The notes under the pieces were generated by a model. The model did not search any database. It saw only the letters and a list, made by a program, of their open reading frames with translations, and was not told the origin of the DNA. Positions 55,377 through 64,000 of a DNA stretch of 64,000 nucleotides are shown here, in pieces. This DNA comes from Hahellaceae bacterium (lineage in GTDB: Bacteria > Pseudomonadota > Gammaproteobacteria > Pseudomonadales > Oleiphilaceae). Location of the stretch: the NCBI GenBank assembly GCA_016744695.1, contig JADGDV010000008.1:30637-94636 (forward strand), given 5' to 3'. The position numbers and the translations under genes are program-made. Within the stretch, counting starts at the first letter, position 1. Every line of letters starts with the position of its first letter.

Positions 55377-57704
55377 ATGAGCGCTATACAAAAGATAGAT
55401 GCTACTAATGAAAGCTGGAAGTCAACGGCCTGTATGTTATGTAGTATCGGCTGTGCTATCGAGGTACAGGTTGACGGGCAACACCTGAAAAAAGTACGTG
55501 GTGATAAGTCTGCTGCCTCTTCAGAAGGTTATCTTTGTCAAAAAGCCGCTCGTTTAGATCATTACCAGAATCATAGTGAACGATTAACAAAGCCACTCCG
55601 TAAAAAATCAAATGGTGATTTTGAAGAAGTCGAGTGGGATGAGATTATTAACGAAATTGCAGGGAAAATGAATGCTATTCGCTCTCAGCATGGTGGGCAT
55701 GCATTTGCTTATTATGGTGGGGGAGGGCAAGGTAACCACCTTGGTGGAACCTACAGTTCTGCACTGACTGCCGCATTAGGAACCCCGTATATTTATACTG
55801 CTTTAGCGCAAGAAAAAACCGGTGATTTCTGGGTGAACGGTAAGCTTTTTGGCCGCCAGAGTTGCTTTGCTGTTGAAGGTATGGAACATGCTGATTATGC
55901 CATTATACTCGGAGCCAATCCTTGGGCTGCGCATGGCATACCGAAAACACGAGATCTATTAAAGCAATATAAGAAAGACCCCGCACGCACGATGGTGGTA
56001 ATAGACCCACGTTTAAGTGAAACCGCCAAAATGGCGGATGTTCATCTACCGGTAAAACCGGGAAAAGATGCCTTTTTACTCTCGGCTATTATTGCCATTA
56101 TCCTTAAGGAAGGCCTTGAAGATAAATCGTTTTTAGAAAAACACACACATAATTTTGAGTCGGTTAAAGCACAGTTTTTATCTGTACCTATCGAGCAATA
56201 CATAAAGTTGGCTGGGCTTGATGTTGATACGGTTAAAAAAGTTGCTATAGATTTTGCTAAAGCAGACACCGCAACAGTGAGAGCCGACCTTGGCATTCAG
56301 CAAAGTTTACATAGTACATTGAACTCTTATCTTGAGAAGTTACTCTTTCTGGTAACCGGTAATTTTAATAAGAAAGGGGGCAACCACCTTGTTGCACAAT
56401 TTGCCCCTTTAATTGGCCACTCTAAAGAACCAGAAGACGGGGGTATTGTTACGCGTGTTACTGGAATGAAAGGCATTAGTAAAATCTTCCCGCCTAACAT
56501 ATTACCTCAAGAAATTAACACGGATCACCCTGACCGAATAAGAGCGCTGGTAGTTGATAGTGCCAACCCAGGTCTTTCAGGTGCTGATAGCGCAGCCTAT
56601 CGATTAGCCTTCGACAAACTAGAGCTCTCTGTGGTTATTGACGTAGCCATGACAGAAACGGCTCGGATGGCCGATTACATATTGCCCGCGCCGACTCAGT
56701 TTGAAAAAACAGAATGCGCGTTCTTTACCTTTGGTTTCCCTACGTCTTATTTTCATTTACGTAAGCCCATTATTGGGGGCAGTGCTGTTAAACAAGGTGA
56801 CACCTTACCTGAGCCGGAGATATATAGGCGATTAGTGGTAGCGATGGGTAAAATACCAGACCGTTTCCCAAAACTTGAACAAATAGCTAAGTTAGATAGA
56901 AAGTTTCAGTTTGGTCGACTTTACCCTCTTGCCTTAGCGGCTGCACTCAAAGCAAGCCCTAAATGGATGCCTTATGTGCCGGTTATTCTTTACGCTACGT
57001 TAGGTAAAGCGTTGCCTAAGCATATGGCGTCTGCTGCAACATTGTGGGGCGTGTGTCAGTTTTTTGCTGCTAAATTTAGTGGTCAGGTGGCTGAGGCTGG
57101 CACGAAAGGTAAAGGCTATTCTCAGGGCAATGCATTATTTAATAAAGCGCTAGCATCAGATAAACCGGTGGCACTGGCTACGTTTGATTATAACGACACT
57201 TGGAAACTGATGAGAACGTCTGACAAAAAAGTGGAGCTATATATACAGGAGATGGCTGATGCTATGGAGCAACTGTGTGATGAAGCCGCTGCATTGGGTG
57301 AAAATAATGAAAAAGCAGAATATCCCTTTGTTTTAATGGCCGGTGAACGACGAGCTTACAACGCCAATCAAATATTCAGAACCCCTGACTGGCGAAAAAC
57401 GGATAAAGACGGCGCAATGAGAATTCACTCTGATGATCTGGGTAAGCTAGGGTTAGAAGATGGAGGTAAAGCGCTTTGCCGATCAGTAACAGGCCAGATA
57501 GAGGTATCGTTAATGCAAGACGATACGGTTCAGCCCGGAATGCTAACGCTGCCTCATGGTTATGGGATGCTTTATACTTCTGAGTCAGGGGAGCAAAAGC
57601 AAAATGGACCCGCGATTAATGAATTAACGGCGGCTGATTATTGTGACCCCATCGCTAAAACGCCTTATCACAAGCATGTTTTGGTGGCTGTTGAGGCCTT
57701 ATGA
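55377..57704 (+). CDS. Cytoplasmic molybdopterin (Mo-bisPGD, DMSO-reductase superfamily) oxidoreductase with an N-terminal 4Fe-4S cluster
   Basis: CMLCSIGC...YLCQK, GANPWAAHG, VIDPR, DVAMTETARMADYILP and a molybdopterin-binding C-terminus; no Tat signal. Confidence 0.88.
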   Translation: MSAIQKIDATNESWKSTACMLCSIGCAIEVQVDGQHLKKVRGDKSAASSEGYLCQKAARLDHYQNHSERLTKPLRKKSNGDFEEVEWDEIINEIAGKMNAIRSQHGGHAFAYYGGGGQGNHLGGTYSSALTAALGTPYIYTALAQEKTGDFWVNGKLFGRQSCFAVEGMEHADYAIILGANPWAAHGIPKTRDLLKQYKKDPARTMVVIDPRLSETAKMADVHLPVKPGKDAFLLSAIIAIILKEGLEDKSFLEKHTHNFESVKAQFLSVPIEQYIKLAGLDVDTVKKVAIDFAKADTATVRADLGIQQSLHSTLNSYLEKLLFLVTGNFNKKGGNHLVAQFAPLIGHSKEPEDGGIVTRVTGMKGISKIFPPNILPQEINTDHPDRIRALVVDSANPGLSGADSAAYRLAFDKLELSVVIDVAMTETARMADYILPAPTQFEKTECAFFTFGFPTSYFHLRKPIIGGSAVKQGDTLPEPEIYRRLVVAMGKIPDRFPKLEQIAKLDRKFQFGRLYPLALAAALKASPKWMPYVPVILYATLGKALPKHMASAATLWGVCQFFAAKFSGQVAEAGTKGKGYSQGNALFNKALASDKPVALATFDYNDTWKLMRTSDKKVELYIQEMADAMEQLCDEAAALGENNEKAEYPFVLMAGERRAYNANQIFRTPDWRKTDKDGAMRIHSDDLGKLGLEDGGKALCRSVTGQIEVSLMQDDTVQPGMLTLPHGYGMLYTSESGEQKQNGPAINELTAADYCDPIAKTPYHKHVLVAVEAL

Positions 57705-57905
57705 TTATAAATAGGCTGAAAATAAACTTAGAAGTTGATTGTAAAATTGATCAAGGTTAAGGTCTGGCAGGCCTTTAATCATTAAAGTGCCGCCTATATT
57801 GTATGCCTAAGCTGTATACAAGAGCCGTATGTATAAAAATAATATGTTAAATGGACTCGGCCCGAGTAAGTTGCTGTTAAAACTTTGATTTTCGGGAGAA
57901 GTAGT

Positions 57906-58160
57906 TTGATCTTATCTAATTGTACTTGTGGTAGTGAACCTGTCTGTGAGCCGGGTGCTGTGGGCGGGCGTAACTGGGATGTCTGTTGTTTTGAATGTGG
58001 AGCCCGCTCAGCTGTATTTCCTAACCGCACCGAAGCGGTAATGAGTTGGAATCAGATTAATAAAGTGGATGTGGTAATAAATACACCAGAAGAGGTTCAG
58101 GCTGGCGGTGTTATTGAACACTTTATCCAGCAGATTCGAGGGCGTGTATCGGCAATATAG
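57906..58160 (+). CDS. Small Zn-ribbon protein resembling the Lar (restriction alleviation) family
   Basis: CTCG...VCCFECGA...EAVMSWN; TTG at 57906 after a GGGAG RBS. Confidence 0.6.
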   Translation: MILSNCTCGSEPVCEPGAVGGRNWDVCCFECGARSAVFPNRTEAVMSWNQINKVDVVINTPEEVQAGGVIEHFIQQIRGRVSAI

Positions 58161-58163
58161 CGT

Positions 58164-59291
58164 TTAACCGTAGTCATTTTCCATAAAAGTACGTTGAATC
58201 GCTTCAATTTCGTCTTTGTTTTTCAGTAAGGCTTCAACACATTGAGGGTCAAACTGAATGCCTGACATTTCTTTAAGCTTTGTGTAAGCCTCTTCGTTGC
58301 TCCAGGCCTTTTTATAAGGGCGCTCGCTGGTTAATGCATCAAATACGTCTGCAACGGTGACAATCCGAGCTTCTATAGGGATGTCTTCACCAGAAAGCCC
58401 CTCGGGGTAGCCGCTTCCATCAACATACTCATGATGATATTGGGCAATGTTTTCGAGCATGCTGACATAACCTATGCCGCTTAGACCGTAGTTTTCCATT
58501 AAAGATTCTATTAGCTCTTTACCATCTGTTGGATGGTCTTTCATTACCGTGAATTCTTCATTCGTCAACTTATCTGGTTTAAGCAATATACGGTCAGGTA
58601 CTTTTATTTTCCCTAGGTCGTGTAGTGGTGCAAAGAGATAGATGTGCTCGATGTATTGATCATCAAAATCATATTTACTGGCTAATTCCCTAGCTATGAG
58701 GCGCGTATATCGTGACATTCGTTCTAGGTGAGATGCCGTTTCAGGGTCTCGTGAATGTGTCATGTTCAGGGCCGATTTAACGGTCGCTAGTAGTGTTCTT
58801 ATATTGGCTCGTTCATTGAAAATAAGCAGGGTGATCATATGACTGATCATATCTAACTCAATCATCACATGTTCGTTGAATACATTCTTTTCGAATGAAT
58901 TAAAGAATACAAAACCGAAGAAATGATCATTAAAAATCATTGGCATCGTGTAGCTAGATTTGTAGCCTGCATCCAGTACTGCGCTTGAGTGAGTTTTAGG
59001 CTTTCCATTTAATACTGTCAGGTCGTTGATCACTCGGGGTTCAGAGGCGTCAATGATGTTTTTTAATGAGTCTATTTCGGAAAGTTTAGCCTGATAGTTA
59101 CTTAAGGGTGTCTTTTCGTCACCGCTATAGATGAAGGTTTTTAGAAGGTCTGTGTTGGTATCATAAAGAGCAACGGAAATTCTTGAAATAAACGGATGAT
59201 GTTGTTGTGTTGCCTTATGAAGCGCTTTCAGCTTTTCGGCAATAGAAGATGTTTTGTTGATGCTATTTAAAGCGTCTTTATGGTGCGGCAT
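58164..59291 (-). CDS. GAF plus HD-GYP c-di-GMP phosphodiesterase
   Basis: APLHDLGKI, HHEYVDGSGYP and ADVFDALTSERPYKKAW motifs. Confidence 0.92.
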   Translation of the reverse strand: MPHHKDALNSINKTSSIAEKLKALHKATQQHHPFISRISVALYDTNTDLLKTFIYSGDEKTPLSNYQAKLSEIDSLKNIIDASEPRVINDLTVLNGKPKTHSSAVLDAGYKSSYTMPMIFNDHFFGFVFFNSFEKNVFNEHVMIELDMISHMITLLIFNERANIRTLLATVKSALNMTHSRDPETASHLERMSRYTRLIARELASKYDFDDQYIEHIYLFAPLHDLGKIKVPDRILLKPDKLTNEEFTVMKDHPTDGKELIESLMENYGLSGIGYVSMLENIAQYHHEYVDGSGYPEGLSGEDIPIEARIVTVADVFDALTSERPYKKAWSNEEAYTKLKEMSGIQFDPQCVEALLKNKDEIEAIQRTFMENDYG

Positions 59292-59412
59292 TGTTCATAT
59301 CTCAAGTTAAGTAGAGACCCGAAGATCTCCATAAACTATAGCAGATATAAATGAGAGTAAAAATTGCTAGGTAACTCTTAACTTATCGAGTTAATCGACA
59401 AGTTGTGTTTCA

Positions 59413-59571
59413 TCAGTCAATCCAGTAATCCTGTAGGTCATGCTCCAGTCTCTTCTTTTCAAAGTGCTGTTCAATGGCGCGCCTGGCTTCAAGCTTTTGT
59501 CGGGCGCTTGATTTTACTTTTTCTTTGACTTGTGTGGGGTTTGGGCTGACAGCATTATTATTGTTATTCAT
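59413..59571 (-). CDS. 52-aa small protein resembling the PA3496 family (absent from the ORF track)
   Basis: Hand translation MNNNNNAVSPNPTQVKEKVKSSARQKLEARRAIEQHFEKKRLEHDLQDYWID; AAGGAG upstream. Confidence 0.72.
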   Translation of the reverse strand: MNNNNNAVSPNPTQVKEKVKSSARQKLEARRAIEQHFEKKRLEHDLQDYWID

Positions 59572-59723
59572 GCTTATCGATCTCCTTTTGGGGGTGTTTC
59601 TTTATTTTTATAATATAGTGATAATTTATATGACTCAGGTGAAAATAGTGTGATCTGGTTGGCATTTTAGAGTGTTGAGTGTCTGAATTAAAAAATTAAA
59701 CGACAGTTTATAAATATGACGGC

Positions 59724-62684
59724 TTAAGTTAAGTTGGGAATTTCAATATCCTGTTTAATGAGCATGTCGGTCATATTATTTTTGGTTAGTGGTTTAGCTA
59801 TATAAAAGCCTTGAACCTCATCACAGTTAAGCTTTTCTAATAAGTCGTATTGAGCTTTGTTTTCAATACCTTCGGCAGTTACTTTTAACTTGAGGCTGTG
59901 GCCCAATACAATTATGGCTTTGGCAATAGCTGCATCTTCTTGTGTGGTTTCTATATCTCGTATAAAGCTGCGGTCTATTTTTAGAGCATCTACTGGGAAG
60001 AGTTTGAGATAACTTAGAGATGAGTAGCCTGTACCAAAATCATCAAGGGTAATACTGATGCCCATTGCGCATAACTTTTTTAGTAATTCGGTGGCGGTGT
60101 TAATGTTTTCCATGATGGCGCTTTCAGTTATTTCTAGCTCCAGTTGCCGAGCGTTGAGATGTGTGCTTTTTAGTACATTACTGATGGTCTGAACAAGATT
60201 GGTATGTCGTAATTGATAGGCAGAAATATTGACGCAAATTTTGATAGTGGCAGTGTTATTATCGGCCCATTGCTTAGCTTGCTGACAGGCTTTAAGCAAC
60301 ACGAGATGCCCTATCTCTGTAATTAAGCCGCTCTCTTCTGCTATATGCACAAACTCAGATGGATAGATAAGCCCTTTAGAGGGATGTCTCCAGCGTATCA
60401 GCGCCTCTGCAGACTCTATTTTCTGGTTATGAACGTTAACTTTTGGTTGGTAGAATACTTCAAGTTCATCATTTTTAATGGCTTTACGCAGTTCTTTTTC
60501 TATTTCCATTCGGTCTTGAGAGAAGCTTTGTAATTCATTGCAATAGAACTGAATGTTGTTTCCACCAAGGTATTTTGCGTGTTGAGTTGCAATGGTTGCC
60601 TGTTGCAATAATATATTAAGTTCTTGAACATTCTCAGGTAATAGTGATATCCCTATACTGCAACTAATAAAAAGCTCATTTTTGTGGATAAAGTAGGGCA
60701 CTGAAAGTGAATCAAGTAATAAGTCAGACTGAGTTGATGCGCAATCTTCAATGTTGTCATTTTGATCACATTCAATAATGATCGCGAACTCATTGCTGGC
60801 TAAACGAGCAATCGTATCAGCCTTATCAGTGTATGTTGTAATGCGTTGTGCCGCTTCTTTTAACAAGGCATCGCCGACTTCATGACCTAAGCTATCGTTA
60901 ATTTGTTTGAAGCGATCAATGTCAATGATGATCAGGTAAAAAGAGGCGTTGTCTTGTCGTGCTTTGACCACTGCATTATGTAAACGATCTCTAAATAAAG
61001 AGCGGTTTGCTAGCCCCGTCAGATCATCATAGTTGAGTAGATATTTTAGCTTTTCATCTGCTTCTTTTCTTACTGATATGTCTGATATTAACCCTGCATA
61101 ATAATTAATTGTCCCCATCTCATTCCTGATGGTGTTGATTTGAACCCATGCAGGAAAGTAATTACCATCTTTTTTCTTTTCAAAGAATTCTGCCTGCCAG
61201 TGATCGTCTTTGTCTAGAGATTCTTGGGCTTGTTTAAATACCTGATGTTTCTTAGGCGTGCTACTTAAATCAAGGAATATTCGGCCTTCAAGCTCGTTTT
61301 TATCGTAACCGGTGATTGTTTGAAATGCGGGGTTAACGGAAATAAAACGGAGGCCTGCATCGAGAACAAAAACACCTTCAGAGGTGTGGTCAAATACAGA
61401 TTTTGCCAGCCTGACTTGTTCATCGCGCATTTTTTCTGAGTTTATGTTGCGCCGTGTACCCAACATACGAAGAGGGCTTCCGTCGGCATCAACCTTAACG
61501 GTTTTCCCGCAGTCTTCTATCCATAACCAGCCTTCTTTTTCTGTGTTTATGCGGTATTGAACTAAATAACTATCACTTTCACCTTTCAGGTATTGAGTTA
61601 GCGCCGATTTTGTTAACTGATAATCGTGTGGATGAATAACTCTTTTTAAGTTTGCAATAAAGTCAATGGAGGTGAGTTCACGCTGTTTAAATGCATCATG
61701 AAAGGTTGATTGATAAACTGTACCTTTTGCTAAATCCCAGTCCCACAAACCAAGCTGTGAAACTTCAATTGCTTGAGATAACCGGGTCTGACTTTTAACC
61801 AGTGCATCGCTAATGCTTTTTCGTAAAGTGACTTGCTGGCTAAGCTTCTCATTGGCCTCTGTGAGATCAGCTGTTCTTTTATTAACACGGTACTCTAGTG
61901 TTTTATGGGCGGCCTTAAGCTCTTTTTCTGTTGCCTCTCGGTTAAATACTTCGTTACTGAGCTGATCATTCAAGGCTTCAGCTACGCAGCGAGCGTTATC
62001 GAGATATTGAATTAATGAGGTGTTTTCAAGAGATTTAACCAGTTCATTTTTTCTGTTTTTATAATGGTGATATGCGCTGTAACTTACAAAACCTGCAAAC
62101 ATTATATTGGTAAACAGGTAAGGGTAGCCGTAGCTATTAATCCACAGAAGGGTATGAACAACCAGTCCTGCAAGAGGCGGCGTAGCAAAACAGAAAAAGG
62201 CTTTAAGGTCCATTGTAAAAACGGTTGCGGCATAAACCAATATACTGCCAACAGCAGCGGCCGCGACCAATTCCACAACACCAAGGCTACCAGACTGCAA
62301 AATCAACGCAGCTATGCCCCAGTGAACTCCATTGATTAACGTGCCAATCAAGAACAAATTATGCCAAAGTGTTTGAGAAAAAGGTTTTTTTGAAATGTGC
62401 TTGAAGGCTATTATTAACCCGATTTGTAATAGTGACGAGAGTAATATCGAAGTAAGCCAAGTGATAACGGTCGTGTATTGATTGTTGGTTGCCTGACTTT
62501 GAATTTCATTCAGAAGTAATAAAGAAACAAGGCCTGCACAGATGATAGAGACGAGAAAAAGAGGTAAAGCCTCATTATAGACGGTTTTTAATTGATGTAG
62601 CATAACCGTACAACGTTTAGGCGCTGAAAATTCAGCCATTAACGTTAGTTCTGGTGACGCTTGACGTTCGACAAGCCTTGTCAT
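59724..62684 (-). CDS. Membrane sensor-PAS-PAS-GGDEF(degenerate)-EAL phosphodiesterase (PA5442-like)
   Basis: TM region, two PAS domains, ASNEF in place of GGDEF, intact EAL/ELEITE/DDFGTGYSSL; divergent from uvrD; true start may be a downstream ATG. Confidence 0.88.
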   Translation of the reverse strand: MTRLVERQASPELTLMAEFSAPKRCTVMLHQLKTVYNEALPLFLVSIICAGLVSLLLLNEIQSQATNNQYTTVITWLTSILLSSLLQIGLIIAFKHISKKPFSQTLWHNLFLIGTLINGVHWGIAALILQSGSLGVVELVAAAAVGSILVYAATVFTMDLKAFFCFATPPLAGLVVHTLLWINSYGYPYLFTNIMFAGFVSYSAYHHYKNRKNELVKSLENTSLIQYLDNARCVAEALNDQLSNEVFNREATEKELKAAHKTLEYRVNKRTADLTEANEKLSQQVTLRKSISDALVKSQTRLSQAIEVSQLGLWDWDLAKGTVYQSTFHDAFKQRELTSIDFIANLKRVIHPHDYQLTKSALTQYLKGESDSYLVQYRINTEKEGWLWIEDCGKTVKVDADGSPLRMLGTRRNINSEKMRDEQVRLAKSVFDHTSEGVFVLDAGLRFISVNPAFQTITGYDKNELEGRIFLDLSSTPKKHQVFKQAQESLDKDDHWQAEFFEKKKDGNYFPAWVQINTIRNEMGTINYYAGLISDISVRKEADEKLKYLLNYDDLTGLANRSLFRDRLHNAVVKARQDNASFYLIIIDIDRFKQINDSLGHEVGDALLKEAAQRITTYTDKADTIARLASNEFAIIIECDQNDNIEDCASTQSDLLLDSLSVPYFIHKNELFISCSIGISLLPENVQELNILLQQATIATQHAKYLGGNNIQFYCNELQSFSQDRMEIEKELRKAIKNDELEVFYQPKVNVHNQKIESAEALIRWRHPSKGLIYPSEFVHIAEESGLITEIGHLVLLKACQQAKQWADNNTATIKICVNISAYQLRHTNLVQTISNVLKSTHLNARQLELEITESAIMENINTATELLKKLCAMGISITLDDFGTGYSSLSYLKLFPVDALKIDRSFIRDIETTQEDAAIAKAIIVLGHSLKLKVTAEGIENKAQYDLLEKLNCDEVQGFYIAKPLTKNNMTDMLIKQDIEIPNLT

Positions 62685-62883
62685 GCTGAAGGGTTCCGTC
62701 CAATACTTTAATCATATGCTTAAGTTACTATCATTATATTCTACCTTTAATGATAGCGCTAAATATTGATGAGGGTTATTAAACTGTGAATAGGTACTCA
62801 TATCACTTAGATAAGTTGTTATGATAGCGACCTACTTAACACTAAAATTGTGATATCACTAAACATAGAGCAGGACTAAACGA

Positions 62884-64000
62884 ATGGATGTTTCCCATAT
62901 TCTTGATTCCCTAAATGAAGAGCAGCGACAGGCCGTAGCAGCACCCTCTCGGAATCTATTGGTGTTGGCTGGTGCTGGCAGTGGGAAAACCCGTGTTTTA
63001 GTGCACCGTATTGCTTGGTTAATGGAAATTGAACGCCTGAACCCTAGTAGCATAATGGCTGTGACGTTTACTAATAAAGCGGCCCGTGAAATGCGGGGAA
63101 GAATTGAAAAACTGCTAGATTTACCTGCCAGAGGTTTGTGGTTTGGCACCTTTCATGGCATCGCTCATCGTTTATTAAGATCGCACTGGCGCGACGCTAA
63201 TTTACCCGAAAACTTTCAAATTATTGATTCAGATGATCAGCTCAGATTGATAAAACGAGTGATAAGAGAGTTAAATCTGGATGAAACAAAATGGCCACCA
63301 AGACAAGCGCAATCATTTATCAATTCAAATAAAGATGAAGGTGTTCGTGCAGAGTATATAGACGATACAAGTGATATCTATATGCGGACCATGAAACAGG
63401 TTTACAAAAACTATGAAGAGCAATGCCAGCGCTCAGGTCTGGTCGACTTTGGCGAGTTATTGCTCCGCTCTCATGAGGTATGGCTAAACAACCCCCAGCT
63501 TCTTGCCCATTACCAAGAACGGTTCAGACATATATTGGTTGATGAGTTTCAAGATACTAACACCGTTCAATATGCATGGCTTCGGGTGTTGGCTGGTAAT
63601 CGTGTTCCTCTCACTGTCGTGGGTGATGATGATCAGTCCATTTATGGTTGGAGAGGGGCGAAAATTGAAAATATCCAGCACTTTCAAAATGACTTTGCCG
63701 ATACCATGCAGGTTAAACTAGAGCGTAATTACCGTTCTACAAGCACTATTCTTGATGCAGCTAATGGCCTTATTGCGAATAATTCAGGGCGTCTTGGAAA
63801 ACAACTTTGGACCGAAGAAAATGAAGGTGAGCCCATTGACCTTTATGCGGCCTTTAATGAACAAGATGAAGCTAATTACGTAGCAGATTGCATTCATGAC
63901 TGGGTGAAAAAGGGTAATCAACGTGCCGATGTAGCCATTCTTTATCGTTCGAACGCTCAATCGCGTGTAATAGAAGATGCGTTCATTAGACAGCAAGTAC
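62884..64000 (+). CDS. uvrD: DNA helicase II, 5' part (runs off the window)
   Basis: Hand translation MDVSHILDSLNEEQRQAVAAPSRNLLVLAGAGSGKTRVLVHRIAWL; AVTFTNKAA, LVDEFQDTN, VGDDDQSIYGWRGA and LERNYRST motifs. Confidence 0.96.
   Translation, partial: MDVSHILDSLNEEQRQAVAAPSRNLLVLAGAGSGKTRVLVHRIAWLMEIERLNPSSIMAVTFTNKAAREMRGRIEKLLDLPARGLWFGTFHGIAHRLLRSHWRDANLPENFQIIDSDDQLRLIKRVIRELNLDETKWPPRQAQSFINSNKDEGVRAEYIDDTSDIYMRTMKQVYKNYEEQCQRSGLVDFGELLLRSHEVWLNNPQLLAHYQERFRHILVDEFQDTNTVQYAWLRVLAGNRVPLTVVGDDDQSIYGWRGAKIENIQHFQNDFADTMQVKLERNYRSTSTILDAANGLIANNSGRLGKQLWTEENEGEPIDLYAAFNEQDEANYVADCIHDWVKKGNQRADVAILYRSNAQSRVIEDAFIRQQV

Noticed and set aside
62784-62799. LexA-like site CTGT-N8-ACTC upstream of uvrD
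   Set aside because: Two mismatches in the right half-site; the only support is the expectation from E. coli uvrD.
1-64000. CRISPR arrays, rRNA/tRNA genes, IS elements, prophage, and the remaining short overlapping ORFs in the track
   Set aside because: No regularly spaced repeat-spacer array, structural RNA signature, transposase, integrase or phage structural motif was seen by eye. The short ORFs are shadows of longer genes with clear motifs.

Overview
Chromosomal window from an AT-rich marine gammaproteobacterium. The Vfr-like CRP, long-form PstC/PstA and PA5442-like gene beside uvrD suggest a Marinobacter/Hahella/Alkalimarinus-like lineage (inference from protein similarity as I recall it, not from a search). 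No rRNA, tRNA, CRISPR array, integrase or transposase was seen. Contents in order: a truncated degenerate GGDEF-EAL gene; a Ycf46-like AAA ATPase; prkB-yhfA-crp; carbonic anhydrase; a CPA2 antiporter; TRAP dctQM without dctP; pstSCAB-phoU with two well-placed Pho boxes; a porin with an FNR box; ubiF, mscS, acuI; a gamma-glutamylation catabolic operon; rlmJ; a DgcZ-like cyclase; a hydrolase/AraC/LysR islet; a ~13 kb zinc-starvation island (41.7-54.7 kb); an HxlR regulator facing a molybdopterin enzyme; further c-di-GMP genes; and the 5' part of uvrD. The island holds hisI, znuABC, an AztD-like lipoprotein/outer-membrane channel/SBP/permease module without an ATPase, a Zur-like regulator, two COG0523 GTPases, DUF1826 and a ZevAB-like pair. 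The strongest leads are (1) that second metal-uptake module, whose perfect 26-bp operator is a symmetric four-transition variant of the local Zur box, (2) a CRP-like site overlapping the pstS Pho box in the divergent dctQM/pstS promoter, (3) an alpha/beta hydrolase with a Cys at the nucleophile elbow beside a SnoaL-AraC regulator, and (4) the HxlR/Mo-enzyme pair with a 19-bp twin operator. All family assignments come from motif recognition; no database searches were run.
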